From positions 1,426,001-1,490,000 of the forward strand of contig OZ287077.1 in NCBI GenBank assembly GCA_965645245.1: a DNA stretch of 64,000 nucleotides. The letters are read 5' to 3'. The translations under genes and the position numbers were made by a program. This stretch comes from Massalongia carnosa (taxonomy: Eukaryota). The notes beneath the pieces are model-generated. The model was not told where the DNA came from, did not search any database, and saw only the letters and a program-made list of their open reading frames with translations. This document shows positions 49,840-63,211 of this stretch, one piece after another (within the stretch, counting starts at the first letter, position 1; each line of letters starts with the position of its first letter).

Positions 49840-52800
49840 ATGTCGAGGGACGATAAAGCTGGACATGAAGTAGGTCCTGGCAACAAGCGGCGGAAAGTTG
49901 TCAATGGCGCGACAGACGGTCGAGCGCGGGGCTCAAAGATTTTTGCGCCATTCAGGGTAATTTTGAATAGCATATATGAACGATCATCTTGCTAACGCGA
50001 TGACGATTCTCTTAGACTCTGGGTCTGGTATCCTCGACGGCAGTACCTTTTACCTCCATACCGCTAGGAAAGACAACCTTTCAAATTACCACATCGGTTG
50101 GAAAATGCCTTCACACCTACGATCTAAGAAGAGGTTTAAATCTGATCTTTCTGACACGTCCTCAGACCCCTGCTGATATCACCTCGACGTTCGCCTGGAA
50201 GGATCGAGTTTTTGCTGCATGGAGAGAAGAAACCACCGGCGAGGTAGGCGTGTGGGTCTTCAAAAGAGGGCAGAAGATCGCAGAGTTGGAGTTACCTTGC
50301 GGAACATTGGAAGCAATCACACAAATATTGATTTTTGGCTCGTGGATTGTCGGGTGCTGCTCGAGTCGAGTTGAGATATGGAAATCGGGCACATATGAAT
50401 ATTATACCACTCTCACACCCAACGGCGCGGGAACCACATCTACTGCCGGCGTCTTGTCTGGGGGAGCCACGAATATGGCAACCTACCTGAACAAAATATT
50501 TGTTGGGAAGAGAGATGGGAGCGTAGAGGTGTGGAATCTCAATACTGGAAAACTAATTTACACCGTACTCCCACCAGGATTGACTTCGGGGCCAGTTACA
50601 GCACTACAGCCTAGTCCTGCTTTGTCGGTACTCGCCATCGCCAGAGCAGACGGGTCGATAGTCCTCCATGATGTTCGTGCCGACAAAGTAGTCCTGGCGC
50701 TGAACTCCAGAGTATCTAGAGCTTCAACGATTACCTCCATTTCGTTCCGAACGGATGGACTCGGAGCAGGGGAAGATGGGCGTAGGTCTGGAATGATGGC
50801 TACGGCGGGAACAGACGATGGAGATGTGACGCTGTGGGATTTAAATAATGGAGGAAGGGTAAGCGGTGTCTTACGAGGAGCGCATAATCCGCCTTCAACC
50901 CGTCACGGCGGTGTTCTTGGTGGGGTAAACAAGGTGGAGTTTCTACCTGGTCAAGATATCATAATCACGGGTGGATTGGACAATGCTCTAAAATCATGGA
51001 TATTCGACGCAACCTCTGTATCCATTATTCCGCGCATTCTACATTCCCGCAGCGGCCATGCATCGCCGGTGACTTGCTTGAGCTTTCTGCCTTCCAGCGC
51101 CGAGGGATCAGATGCCGGAGGCAAATGGCTGTTAAGCGCTGGGAGGGATCAAAGTCTGTGGGGTTGGAGCTTGAGACGAGATGGACAAAGCGCTGAACTG
51201 AGTCAGGGGAATGTACGTAAGAAAGCCAAAAAGTTGGGTATTTTGGGACAAAGCCTTGATGTACAGAACTCAACCACGCTCGAAGATCTAAAGGCCCCAG
51301 AAATCACCTGCATTGCCTGCTCACTAAATCGCGATGGAGGCATGGGAGCGGTCAGTGGGAGTGGTGCTGTTTGGACAAATATTTCGACGAAGAAAGGAGC
51401 TTCCGATGCGACGGAAAGCTTAGCAACTGGATGGGAAAGCGTTGTAACTGGTCATCGAGGCGATAAGTTCGCTAGGACTTGGTTTTGGGGAAAGAAAAAA
51501 GCCGGTAGATGGGCCTTTGAGACGGCCGATGGGGCCGAGGTTACGGTAACGATTTCGTGCGTTCAGACGAGGCTACGCTGATGAGATGTAGAACGTTGCC
51601 GTCACAGCATGCGGAACCTTTGCACTTGTGGGCTCCGCTGGCGGAAGCATTTCGATGTTTAATCTGCAATCTGGGATCCACCGCCAGCGATTTCCTTCCA
51701 CTTTGACCCCGGCGCAGGCAAAGAAATTAAAGCTTGCTCATGTGGTGGAGAGAAACGAAAGCGGTCCTAAAAATTTCGCTCTGGGGGAAGGGAAGCATAA
51801 GAAAGCCATCAGTGGATTAACCGTAGATACGTTAAACAGAACAGTTATTAGCTGCGGACTAGATGGGAAAATAAAATTCTGGGACTTCCTTACCGGTTGC
51901 CTTGTGGACGAAATCGACTGGTCTCCCACCGCAGCCATAACGGCCTCCCAACACCACCGTCCAAGCGACCTCATAGCCTTCAGCTGCGATGACCTCTCTA
52001 TCCGCGTTGTTGATACCGAAACCAAAAGGCTCGTTCGGGAGTTTTGGGGTTGCCCGGGCCAAATCATCGACTTTTGCTGGTCCAACGACGGTCGCTGGAT
52101 TATCGCCGCGTCTATGGATTCGGTCGTGCGGGTGTGGGACTTACCAACAGGCCATTTGATCAATGCACTCCGAATGGAGAGTCCCTGCACCGCGCTCGCC
52201 TTCTCGGATACAGGCGAGTTCCTGGCAACTGCGCACGCTGACAACGTCGGCATAAATCTCTGGAATAATCGCACGCTTTTCACGCGCGTCCCCACACGCC
52301 TGATTCAAGAAGACGAGATCATTGACGCCATTGCCCCCACGCCTTCTGGAGAAGGTGGGCAGCATCTTATTGAAGCCGCGTTCGAAGCCCAGAAGGAGGA
52401 ATCGGAGGAAGGAGAAGCCATTGACAGCTACAGCACTCTCCTCCCTCCAATCGACCAACTGAGCGCCTCCCTCCAAACGCTCAGCCTAGTCCCCAAATCC
52501 CGCTGGCAGACGCTGCTCCACCTTGACGCCATCGCCCAGCGCAACAAACCCATCTCTCCCCCTAAAGCCCCCGAAAAAGCCCCTTTCTTCCTCCCCTCCC
52601 TTTCCTCTCACCTACTTCCGCCTTCATCATCACCCACATCAGCGATCGTAACTACAAGTCAAACTTCAACCTCGCGCATCTCCAAACTCCCCAATCCCGC
52701 CTCTACCTCCAGCCCAAACCCTTTCACGACCCTTCTTCACGCCTCCTACCCGCCAACCCCCACCTCCCACGAGCCCTTCATCGCCCATCTCTCCTCCCTT

Positions 52801-53142
52801 CCCCCCTCGGCCGCCGACATCCAAATCCGCTCCCTGTCCCCCCTTCCCCTCCGCCCCCCTCTCCAATCATCTCCTCTTACTTCACCAACTCCGCACACCA
52901 ACGAACTCCACCTCTTCATCCTCTGCCTCACCGCCCGCCTGCGCCAAAAGCGCGACTACGAACTCGTCCAAGCCTGGATGGCCGTGTTCCTAAATATACA
53001 CGGGGAGAGCGTCTTGGTCGATGGACGGCTGAGGGACGTGCTTGGGGAATGGAGAGCGGTGCAGGGCGTGGAGGCCAGCAGGCTAAGGGAGAGAGTGGGG
53101 TTTTGTAGGGGGGTGGTTGGTTGGGTTGGGGGTGGGGTTTAG
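49840..53142 (+). CDS. UTP21: U3 snoRNP / SSU processome WD40 protein Utp21, 3 exons
   Basis: SKIFAPFR|TLGLVS, TYLNKIF, DNALKSWIFD, RSGH, FNLQSG, LSLVPKSRWQTLLHLD.I..RNKP..PPKAPEKAPFFLP, DYELVQAWMAVFL. Confidence 0.94.
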
Positions 53143-54347
53143 TGGGGGTTGGGAACAGAGCGGGAGAGGATATCTAGGATGGGAGTGGGATTGACAATGT
53201 TCGGGACCGAGAGCGTAGGGGAAAGAGGTAGTGCACCTTCGCCTTAAAATAAAGTGTTCGAGCAACTAAATCGCTAGCTAGCTACATACGTACTTCCCCA
53301 TCCATACTCTCCTTGCATGTCCTCTCCTTTTCTCTCGTTTTATTTCATCCTAACCTCTCTCTCCTCCATCCTCACTCTCGTTGCTCAACTATCCAATCAA
53401 CTAAATCAACCAACCAACCAACCAAACAACCAACCTACCTACCTACCAACAAATTAACTAGTATCCCCCCTCCTCAGCCTCGCTCACACTTAGTCCAGAA
53501 ATGTTCCGCAACGCGTTGGCTTTTTTGGGGGCTGGGAGGTTCAGTTCAGGCTATGAGGTGAGGTGAGGTGAGGTAATGGGATGTGGAGGTATGGGAGATG
53601 GGAATGGGGGAGGGAAGGGATGGGAAGAGAATGGTTAGGTTGGGTTGAGCTGGTTTACGGTTTTGATTTGGGGAGGGGGGTAAAGTAGATGGTTTTTTTT
53701 TGGCCGAAATAATACAAACAGATAAAGAGTAAAGGAGTAAAATGGATTCTTGCACGAGATGCGATTGGGATGAGACGTTGGGCCGATTTCGTGTTTTCCT
53801 TTATGCTGTTCCTTTCTTTCTTTTCGGGCCATGTTGTTTTGGACAACCGATGGGCATTTAAGGTCAACTCAATCCAGACTCGCTCATTCTGTTCTTACAA
53901 CCCCCCTCCCAAAAGAAACTTAGCAGCGGAGAGAAAGGGGAGGAAAAGGGTGAAAACAAAAAACAAGAAAATGAGGATAGGAAATGGAAGAAGACCAAAG
54001 AAACATCATAGTCGCTGAAGGGCTAAGTAGAACCATCGTTACGTCTTCTATTACAGACTACCCTACAATGGGCGAGTAGCTATCTAGTCTTTTTGTAGCC
54101 GTGAGGTAGGGGGGCGGGCATCTTGGAGATTATGATGCTGGCTACTTTTGTCTAAACCCTAAGCATGGATGGCTTGCGCATCAGATCTTTTCCCGACAAG
54201 GCTGAGGAAGGCGTATAAGGATGTTTTGAGAATCGAGTTGGATGTAGAGGGATGCTCTATTGAGTGAAATTATTTGCTGGAACCGTGGGTTGAGGAAAAC
54301 TTCAGCAGCACGGAGGTAAGGGAGGACAGTCGCCCGATTGATAAGGA

Positions 54348-56396
54348 TCACTCAGAGAGAAGAAGCTGGAATCTGTTCCTATTCTCTGCACTCAAATTGT
54401 CCGGACGAGGCCCAGTCTTGCGCTCGAGGGTTTTGGCACGCCGCTTCTGGTTCTTTTTCTGAGATTTGCTTGTTAGCTCCATGGGTGGTTGAAAGGGCTG
54501 TTTTTTGGTGTTTCCCGGCCCCAGAGCATCACCTTTGCGGTTTTCTGGTAGCGAGGAGTCAAGAAAGTCGAAGATATGTGCTACCCCTGAAGGTGGGATG
54601 GGGGGCAAGGAGACGAGGTCGCGTCGAGGGGGCAGTAGGTCTTTGAGGGGAGGGAGGGCGTGAAGAGTCTTTTGGAGGGCTAGTAACCCCGGTGGAAGAG
54701 CGGTTACAGAGGGTTTTTGGTGGGTTGCTGAAGATGTTCGTCAATCTTTCTTCTTATTGTGTAAACTTCTGAATGGGCTTACCGGTCTTAGTCATCTCTT
54801 CCACGTCCGCGATGTGATGGTTCAGAATCTGCTTCAGCATCCTAACGGCGTACAAAATCGCGTCCATTTCAGCGGAGAAATGAACATCGCTCCAGCCCAG
54901 TTTTTCTCCACCAGAGCCCAACAATCCCATAATCATCGTCTTCCGTAGCGGTGGAGTTTTCCCGTTTTCGCGATACCAGCATAACATTTCATTCAGGGCA
55001 AATATTCTCCACCTGAATGGGATCGAGAGATCAGGGAAGCGGGATCTCACTTTTTCAATCTTCTCGATGAGAGAGATGGTAAAATCTGTAGTATCTACAT
55101 GGGTCAGGGTTTCCATATCTTCCTGAATCATTCGAAATCCTTTTCGAGCATATTCTGACACTTTTGGTAAAGACATTTCTAGGTTCTGGAAGAGAAAAGA
55201 ATATGCAAAGGACCGAAGCTTGCGGGAGATGATCCACGCGGAAGATCTAGAGGGATCATCAGTTAAGAAGGGCAGAAATATGAACGATGGCGTGGGAGAC
55301 TGTGACAAAAATTCCGAGATTCGGGGGTCTAAAAACTGTCTGGTTGATAGGTTGGCACCGAATGTAATTTGGGAATTCAAGATAGATCTAAGATGTAGAT
55401 GTTCAATGCTGTAGTCCATCTCAAACTCGATGAAGCGACGAACTCGATCCGAAGTCTGGCTTCCAGTAGACTTATCCATTGGCTCCTTCGCACGACTCAT
55501 CGCTTTAAGCAAGGATACCCATGAATCTTCTTTAATCTCAAAACCAAGACGTTTGAGATTCCTTAGCCCCAGACGTGTAGAAATCACCGCAGGTCGACTG
55601 ACAGACGCTCGGAGTACCTCGCACTGGCTGGAGCTTCCCCGCTCCTTTTGAAGCTCGATTTGATTGAAGAAAGCTACGCTGCTATCCACCCCTAAATCGT
55701 AGACAAGCAAGTCCGAGTCACTCGTCAATATCGTAGCACGGCCTTTACTCACAGCATGAGCGCAGAATGCATCCGCTTCTCCAGGGACCACGCTAGTGAC
55801 AGAAGCAAAGTTACTGGCACAAAGAGCATCAAGGACGACAGGAACTAAGAAAGCAGGAGATGGGTGCAATTTTAGAGCCGATCGTACGGATCGTGCGGAG
55901 TTGAGAACCTGAGGCCCTGTAACGATGGAGAAGCTGGTGGCATTATTCGACACCTTGAACCCGCTTGAAAAAGCAGCATGGAAATAAACCAGTTCTTTCA
56001 GACAAGCCTCGAGTCGTGCTTTGCGAACCTCAACCTTGCCAACTGGAAGACAACCATCAAAGTAGATATGCTTGCTATATCATAGTTTATTAAATGACTA
56101 AACCCGCTTAGGAGTATCCAATGAAAAGCATACATAATGGCACCACAGCATTGCAACTCTTCGAGAAACGTCAAGACAGCTTTTCCCAACTCGTCGTATG
56201 ACGGGATTGCATCTACTGGACACAAGTCCGCGGGTCTATGAGCGAGGATGCGGTAGTAGATATAGTATGCCAGACTTGGCCCATCAATGACGATTTTCTC
56301 GGCTGTTGGATGCTCTTCGCAGCTTTTTGCCTTGCAGCCAAGGACTATCGTTTCGGCATAGGGCGCGAGATGTCTTAAAAGGTGAGGAATGCCCAT
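54348..56396 (-). CDS. XPG/PIN-like domain protein (asteroid-like), 3 exons
   Basis: MGIPHL, VIDGPSLAY, FDG, VVPGEADAFCA, ILTSDSDLL. Introns approx. 56073-56134 and 54728-54782 link to LHALPPLKDL...NRFQLL. Confidence 0.8.
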
Positions 56397-56887
56397 TTTA
56401 AGAGGGTCATTGGTTTTCGTAAAAGAAAACAATGAACGATGAGATGTTTGACATGAAGGAAATTATTTCAATCTACTGGAAGCAAGAAACTTTCTTTTCA
56501 GCTTTCCAGCTTTTCAGCTTATGCTATGAGCAAGACAGAAAAGACGACCAGCCGGTAGCTATTTACATTAGTAGTAGTTAGGAATGAAGTCAATCTTAAT
56601 TGAATCGGAGTGAGGAGACTTGGTCTTCTCACAAATCAACTTAAAAATAAGACCCGAACCCGTGTCTTGAACCCGTTGATACACACCAACTTATCAATCG
56701 GTTCTTCAGTCTTTCAAACGACTTCCGAATGCCTCATATTCGTGAATAATAAGTTATATAGTCAGGCCAAAACCAAAAATACCAAGAAAAATAGTCCTTA
56801 GACAGCTCTACCAAGCACCCTTTCAAAACCCCTAACCCCCCCCGCTCAGAATGCGCCCGTAACTCCGAAACCCCAAAGCGCGTTCCA

Positions 56888-57625
56888 TCACATATTCTCA
56901 CGAAACATGCTCCTCCTCTCCGTGGGGCTATCCCCACTGGAAACGGTCATGTGGTTTCCTCCCTTTCGCTCCTCCGCCGGCCTTGGGCTTACGCCCCGCA
57001 AATCGCTCCTCTCCGCCTGATCCCCAAATGGATTCTGTCGCCCTATCTCCTCGTCGTACCGCTGATCCAAAACTCGCTGACTGCCACCAATATACGTATC
57101 CCCTTCCCGGCTCCGACTCCGGCCTCGTCCGCGCTCCTCGGCTTCGTAATCGGGCAGCACTTGCCCCCGACCCCCTTGGCCTCCGTATCCACCACCGGAG
57201 TAAGCACCACCTCTAGCACCACCGCTAGCCGTGCCGCCACCGGGATACAGGCCTAATTCCTGCTCCTCATAGTATCCTCCACCGCCATAACCATCAGCTT
57301 CGGTCCCAACCCGAGCGTCCCACGCCTCATCCGGATCCAAGCCCCTTCGCCCACGGCCACTAAGCGGCTGCTCGTATGCACCGCCGCCGCTCCGGGAACT
57401 TCGTAGCGATTGGAACTTGGACCGCGCCCAGCTGAGGATACCGGACGAGGAGGAGGGAGAACTGTTGGACGAGCGGGAGAGGTTGGAGAAAGGATTATAG
57501 GAAGTGAGCGGTGGGGGTGGAAGGCCGGCTTTCTTGGCTCGGAAATGAGCAAAAAGGATGTAGGAGATTAGGGCGAGGGGGATGATGAGAAGGAGGATAA
57601 GAAAAAATATGCCAATGCCTGACAT
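56888..57625 (-). CDS. Conserved single-pass membrane protein with Gly-rich cytosolic tail
   Basis: N-terminal TM (IFFLILLLIIPLALISYILF), GLPPPP..SYNPF, LDPDEAWDARV, YYEEQEL, SPTERRSMFRENM. Confidence 0.75.
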   Translation of the reverse strand: MSGIGIFFLILLLIIPLALISYILFAHFRAKKAGLPPPPLTSYNPFSNLSRSSNSSPSSSSGILSWARSKFQSLRSSRSGGGAYEQPLSGRGRRGLDPDEAWDARVGTEADGYGGGGYYEEQELGLYPGGGTASGGARGGAYSGGGYGGQGGRGQVLPDYEAEERGRGRSRSREGDTYIGGSQRVLDQRYDEEIGRQNPFGDQAERSDLRGVSPRPAEERKGGNHMTVSSGDSPTERRSMFRENM

Positions 57626-58249
57626 GATGAGGCTCAGTTGTTTGGTGGAGCGCTTTGGCGGTATAATATGGCAGAAAAGATTATGGGATTGAGGGTGCCA
57701 TATCCCAAGTGCCGGGGATTTAGGCGGTGGCGAGCAAGTAAGGCGAGGGAGTTGTGCTCGACTATGGTGACAGTGAGATAACTTTTTTGCGAGAGGGTTG
57801 TCATGCGGCAATCCTGCGCGCTTGTCGGGGCGAGGTTCAGTAACTTAGAGTAAGCGCCGGCAAACATGCCACAATCTTCTAAAGTTCGCTTAAGGGTCAA
57901 AAGGGGCGACCGGGGAGGATTTGGCTCTCTAGAAATGTACTCCGATGCTGCATTTGCAGTGACTTTACTGAATCCCGATATTAATGACTAGTAGAGGGGG
58001 TAAGCTTTGCCTGTTGATATGCTGGTATTGGTAAAGCACTCGCTTCGCCATTAATCACCAATACAGAGGTCTTTGGTGTCGCACGGGTGCCTGCCAGGCA
58101 CCTATAGAGGTGCTAACTGGTAGCTATGGGAGGCCCATAGCACCACTGTTATGTGACTGCTATAGGACTGCTATAAAAGCAGGTAGATAGCCCACATAGA
58201 TAATTATCTTCAATGATAATCATGCTATTATACCTACAAGTGAATCATA

Positions 58250-60056
58250 CTACTCATGAGCATTTGTAGTATAACCCTGCTCGCAAATTTTTATAACAGG
58301 CATATGTCTAAGTGGTTGACCGTTGGGACTTGGCAAGGGGCTTGGAACGCCATTCACAAATATTGCAGAACCAGCCCTATCAACCGAGTAGGTCGCTCCC
58401 GCCAGGATAACAGGAACTGCGCCAGGAGAAATTTTTTTACTGCCTACAATAAATGGAGATGGATTGTTTGTAATGTGAATATTGGACCCATCGAGACCGC
58501 TCTTTAAACCATCCGGAGAAACTGCATTCGTTTCTCCAAGCCCGGGCTGTTCAAGCGATAGTTCTATATCGTTAACAACAATCGCGGTTGCAAATGGAGC
58601 GAGTAGCCGAAGATAAAACGACAGGAGTGCCGCCAGGAGCAAGGGCTTGGCTGCCGAGCATGAACTCAAATGCGGAATTTGCCGTGATCACAGATGAGCC
58701 GACGGTGATGATGGGAGTCGCTGAAGATGGAGGTTTTTCCTGAAGAGATTTGGCAAAACTGATTGGGCGGGCACGGTGGCCACAATTACTGGTAAAGGTA
58801 CTGCAGGACTGCAGTGGCCAACTCCAGCATTCGCTGAAGCAAACGCCACAAGCTTTGAGTCAGGTGGGCGAGGAGGATTAGGAGTTTTAGTTGCTGAGAG
58901 GGGTACTCTAGGGGCTGCAGCTGGATTTTGATGAGTGCTAATATGTGCTGCTGCAGCTTGGCCTGGTGATTTGGGTACAGGGCATGCCCCAGGATGAAAG
59001 CACCCTACGCTGGTAATGGTGAAAGCTGTGAAAACAGATAAAGTCCTCAGCGGAATGATGAACAGCCGGTGCCACAAGGTGGCATTGGTATCTATCCACA
59101 ATTGACGGACCGCCTGGCAGGAATGAAGCCTCAGGAGGGAAAACGGAGACAAATTCTGGTTTTTGAGTAATGAAGTCTACCAAAGTACTGGGCACGTATC
59201 AAAAATCTTCAAAGCAATAGTCCGTATACACAGAGTTACGGCGATACCGATGACCGCCGTCGACCTCCTCTTGATAGTAATAAGAAACTGCTTGCATCGA
59301 AATACCTTTGCGCGTTCTAGTTGACATTGTGAAATATTCTAGTTGCATATTGAGTAGGAGATATTTAGTATTTATCAAAATAAATACTCGTGAAACTTGT
59401 TATACATGCAAGCCGACCATTTGTCTTGGTTACGGCTGGTACAGCTATAACCTTAACAGTAGAATAGACATAAAAAGGCGCTTCGGAAGTGCTGGTAGTG
59501 GTCCGTGTCAAGTTGGTAAAGGTGAGGTTCCATGGATATTTTATAATGTAGCTTCCCAACTGCTTAATGTGGTCCCACTCGACTCGATTACCATTATTAA
59601 AGGTCCTGGTGCATATGTGTTGGCCGTGAGTCTGTTTGTGGCGATATCAAAGGAAGTTGTAGCTTGAGTCTCCACAGTAGTAGTATCCATTATGTAGTTT
59701 GTGATAATTGTATCCACATATTGGGTCACGGCGGTGATATATGACGTTGCATTGAGTGTAATAGAGTACACCACTGTATGCCACGCTATATAATGATGAG
59801 TGTGGGGCCGCATAGCAAGGGGAATCAGAACTCATACAAGCCCAGAATCTGCCGTCAAGAGCATCTTGGACAACAAAAAGGCATAGACTAGCCTTTGCAC
59901 TTACATTGCTTGCACGAAAACCTGCGATGGAGCCATTGTAGAAAGAAACACTGGCTCCAATAGCGGATGGATATTGTCTAGTTGTGATGGTATTCAGAGA
60001 ACGAGCAGTGGTAGTGGTGATATAAGTAAAAATATGACTGGTTGTATTTACATCAT
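58250..60056 (-). pseudogene. Decayed secreted Ser/Thr/Pro-rich protein
   Basis: Fragments in shifting frames (NATSYITAVTQYVDTIIT, FITQKPEFVSVFP..ASFLPGGPSI, SPGAVPVILAGATYS..GSAIFVNG) separated by stops and frameshifts; boundaries approximate. Confidence 0.55.
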
Positions 60057-61259
60057 AGCTAAGGCACCGGCTAGGGTTGCAATTAGCTAACTGTAAATTT
60101 GTCGATTCAATGTGCTAGGGACATATTTCGGATGGGCAATCTACTAGAAAATGTAGAGGGCAAGAAGAGAATTAGTCTCAAGAGGTTTATCATCAGCATG
60201 TTCGGAGCATAGAATAGCAAAAGGACTGGCAGTAAACCTAAGGTAACAAGAAACAACTGGTAGACTTTATGGCAGGTACCAAGTTATATGAGGCTAGGTC
60301 AAATAGCCCAATCGATTTTTAAAGGGGAAACAGCCTTTCAGATTATGCATGGAATCGTACGGCCATGAGACAATTGGCTCATCACTCCTTCACTTGTTCA
60401 CCTCTAGCTCGCACATTGTACTCTATGCCTGAAATATAGAATAGAGCGTACTCTGTATAGAGTACCTCTATACGCAATTGCTCATTGACAGTTTATTAGA
60501 TCTCCCCATGTTGCACGGCAGATGACCGTCGGCGATAATATAGCAACTTGGCGTTTTGCTTGGTTCCCTTGCTTTGACTCGGTCGCAAAACAAACGTAAC
60601 ATAAAAAAAGTACGAGGCTGCATGAAGCGAGTGCCGTACCATTGCTTGTGCCTTGAAATCATCGGAAGAAAGTAAAGAAAAAGAAAAGTTTGGAATCCCA
60701 AGGGTGGTCTGGGGTGTGCAGAACACAGAGTAATCTGTACGGAGTATAGAGTATAAAGTAAAGAGTACTTTAGTTATAGTCAACGAAAGGTCAGTTGGGG
60801 CGAAAGATATGTACCGCTAAGGTGAAGAAGCGCAAGGGTGGCACGAACCGATTGCTGCATTGTTCCTGCAGCGAATCTTGGCAAAGCCGAGTAATGACAC
60901 TGGAAAGATCTAAGAACTCTTTAAATAGCCTCAGTTATCAGTCCGGGGGGATGAATGGCAGCATTCTCTGTATTCCTTATTCTATTTCTCTAGGATGTTT
61001 TACAGGCGTGACCTCCTAATTTTGAAGGAGGCCCTTGTGACTCGACACTGCCTTCTGATATTCCCTCAACTGCATTCTCATTTTAGGGGTCGTGAGGCTT
61101 TCTTTCGCGATTCCGGTCCCTAATGTATTGTTATACTTACGTCGAATCTGGGATAAAAAAACTTCTGACGAAGGCTGTACATTGGCATATCCACCTGGAA
61201 GAATGCCATGTTTTAGGAGACCCCTGATAAGGCTAATAATTACCTTTTTACCTCACCAC

Positions 61260-62790
61260 ATGCTGCTCTTGAACCCCAGCATGATCAAGACAGAAAACTG
61301 TTGCCTCGAGCTAAAGCTTTTCTAGCGCTAATCGTTATCCCGGCAAGTCAAGACTTTGATGGAAACGATGAGCCGTGGTCGACCTTTGCGCTTCAGGTTG
61401 GAACCCCTGCCCAGACGGTCAGGTTACTAATTTCGACCGCCCGATCGCAAACCTTCGTTATTCCCCCTCAAGGTTGTACTCCGTCTGATCCTTCAACATG
61501 CGCAATTCCAGAGGTGGAGAGTTCGAACCAAATAAGTCCACCACGTGGGTTGCGAATAACGCTACATCGAAAGGTATGTTCTCGCTTTAGCTTGAGTATA
61601 ATCTTTAGTATACTGGCAACGGCCAGTACGGCTATGATATAATCGCTCTGGGCTGGCAGGGCTGCGGTGGACCGTCTCTCGACCAGCAGATTGTGGTGGG
61701 TATCGCAACGAAGGAGTTTTATCTAGGAGTCTTCGGTCTGAGTCCCCGTCCAAGCAACTTTACCGACTTCAACAATCTGGTTGCTAGCTATCTCTCCAAC
61801 CTGAAAAATAGATCTTTGATTCCTTCGCTCTCATGGGGCTACTCAGCAGGTAACCAATACCGGTCAAATAAATTCTTGAGGAGCTTACTTTGGGTGGTTA
61901 TGATGCTTCTCGTTATGTACCAAAAGATGTGTCCTTCGCATTCAGTGAAATCGATCTCCGGGATCTGACTGTCATTATCACGAGATTGACTATGACAGCT
62001 TAGGGAACCAGTCAATCTCTACTATCGACAAGTATGGCAGCTTTTGTTGATTCGACTGTGCTATACATATCTGCCTATGGAAGTCTGTAAGAAGTTTGAA
62101 GACGCCTTTGGATTAACATGGAACAATGATGTCCAGGCTTACATTATTAATGATACCTTGCACGATAAACCGAAAATTCAGAATGCACTAGTAACGTTCA
62201 CTTTGGGTGGAGCGGTGACTAGCAAAACAATCGACATTTCACTACCATACGCGGCATTCGACCTTATTGCTGTCTATCCTTTAATGCCGAATAGGACTCG
62301 CTACTTTCCTCTTATACGGGCTGCCAATAATAGCTAAAATACCCTTAGCCGCACCTTCTTACAGGAAGCGTAAACATTCCTCTCCAAGAGTAAACGTAAC
62401 TTGACTGATTCTGTACAGATATCTCATAGCTGATTATGAACGCCATAGGTTCTCGATCTCTCAGAGCCGGTAGAATTTGAATACGGAGCAAAACGTCGTG
62501 GCCATCGCGCCCCTTCCTCAACACGAAAAACAACATCCCCACCGTATACCAATAGCCAGGATTGCTGGTATCACCACTAGTAGCGTTAGTGCTTCGGGTT
62601 CCTACTTTTGCTTCTGTACATTCTCCTAAAGAAACTTCCCGGTTCAAATGCGTTCAACCCCTCCGAGGAGAAGGTCAAATTTGAGGCTGGAGATACCTCG
62701 AATGAGATGGATTGCACGTCACTACAGTTAGAAGTTGAAGCGGCAACAAGACGTTACCTTGGGTCTATGCTTGATGATACTAAGTAAAAA
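61260..62790 (+). pseudogene. Pepsin-like (A1) aspartic-protease-family pseudogene
   Basis: DGNDEPWSTFALQVGTPAQTVRLLIST, LGVFGLSPRP, IPSLSWGYSAG, VDST, ISLPYAAFDL, RYFPL, TL.RTFLQEA, LIADYER, spread over several frames with stops. Confidence 0.8.
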
Positions 62791-63211
62791 GCTAGTCAAG
62801 AGGTCGAGTGGACTGGATTCAAGAACTGCCTGCTGAAGAGTTCAAGATAGGCGAAGTGCCTGGCTAAGCAAGATTCTTAGAGCACAGAAAGATCTAGCCC
62901 AGATATCAGCCATGTTTGTAGAAACGAGATGCGATATGACTTCACAGAGTACATCACTATCTATCGCAAGTGATGATTCGATAGGATGAAACGTGCTGTA
63001 AGCGTATTCGTGGATTGTTGACGGAGGATTATTAACCCGATCGGTGCCCCGCACGTGTTCCCCGCAAGTGGTCAGTTCTCATCCGTTGGCTTGCTGCAAC
63101 TGCTGTTAGGCAGAAGTACAAAGCTCCCCGGTAGATACCCCAGGTAGGTAGCTACCTCCTTACAATAGTACTATTGTGCCCTATCTCCCAAAAGACTCTT
63201 TGTACTTGGGT

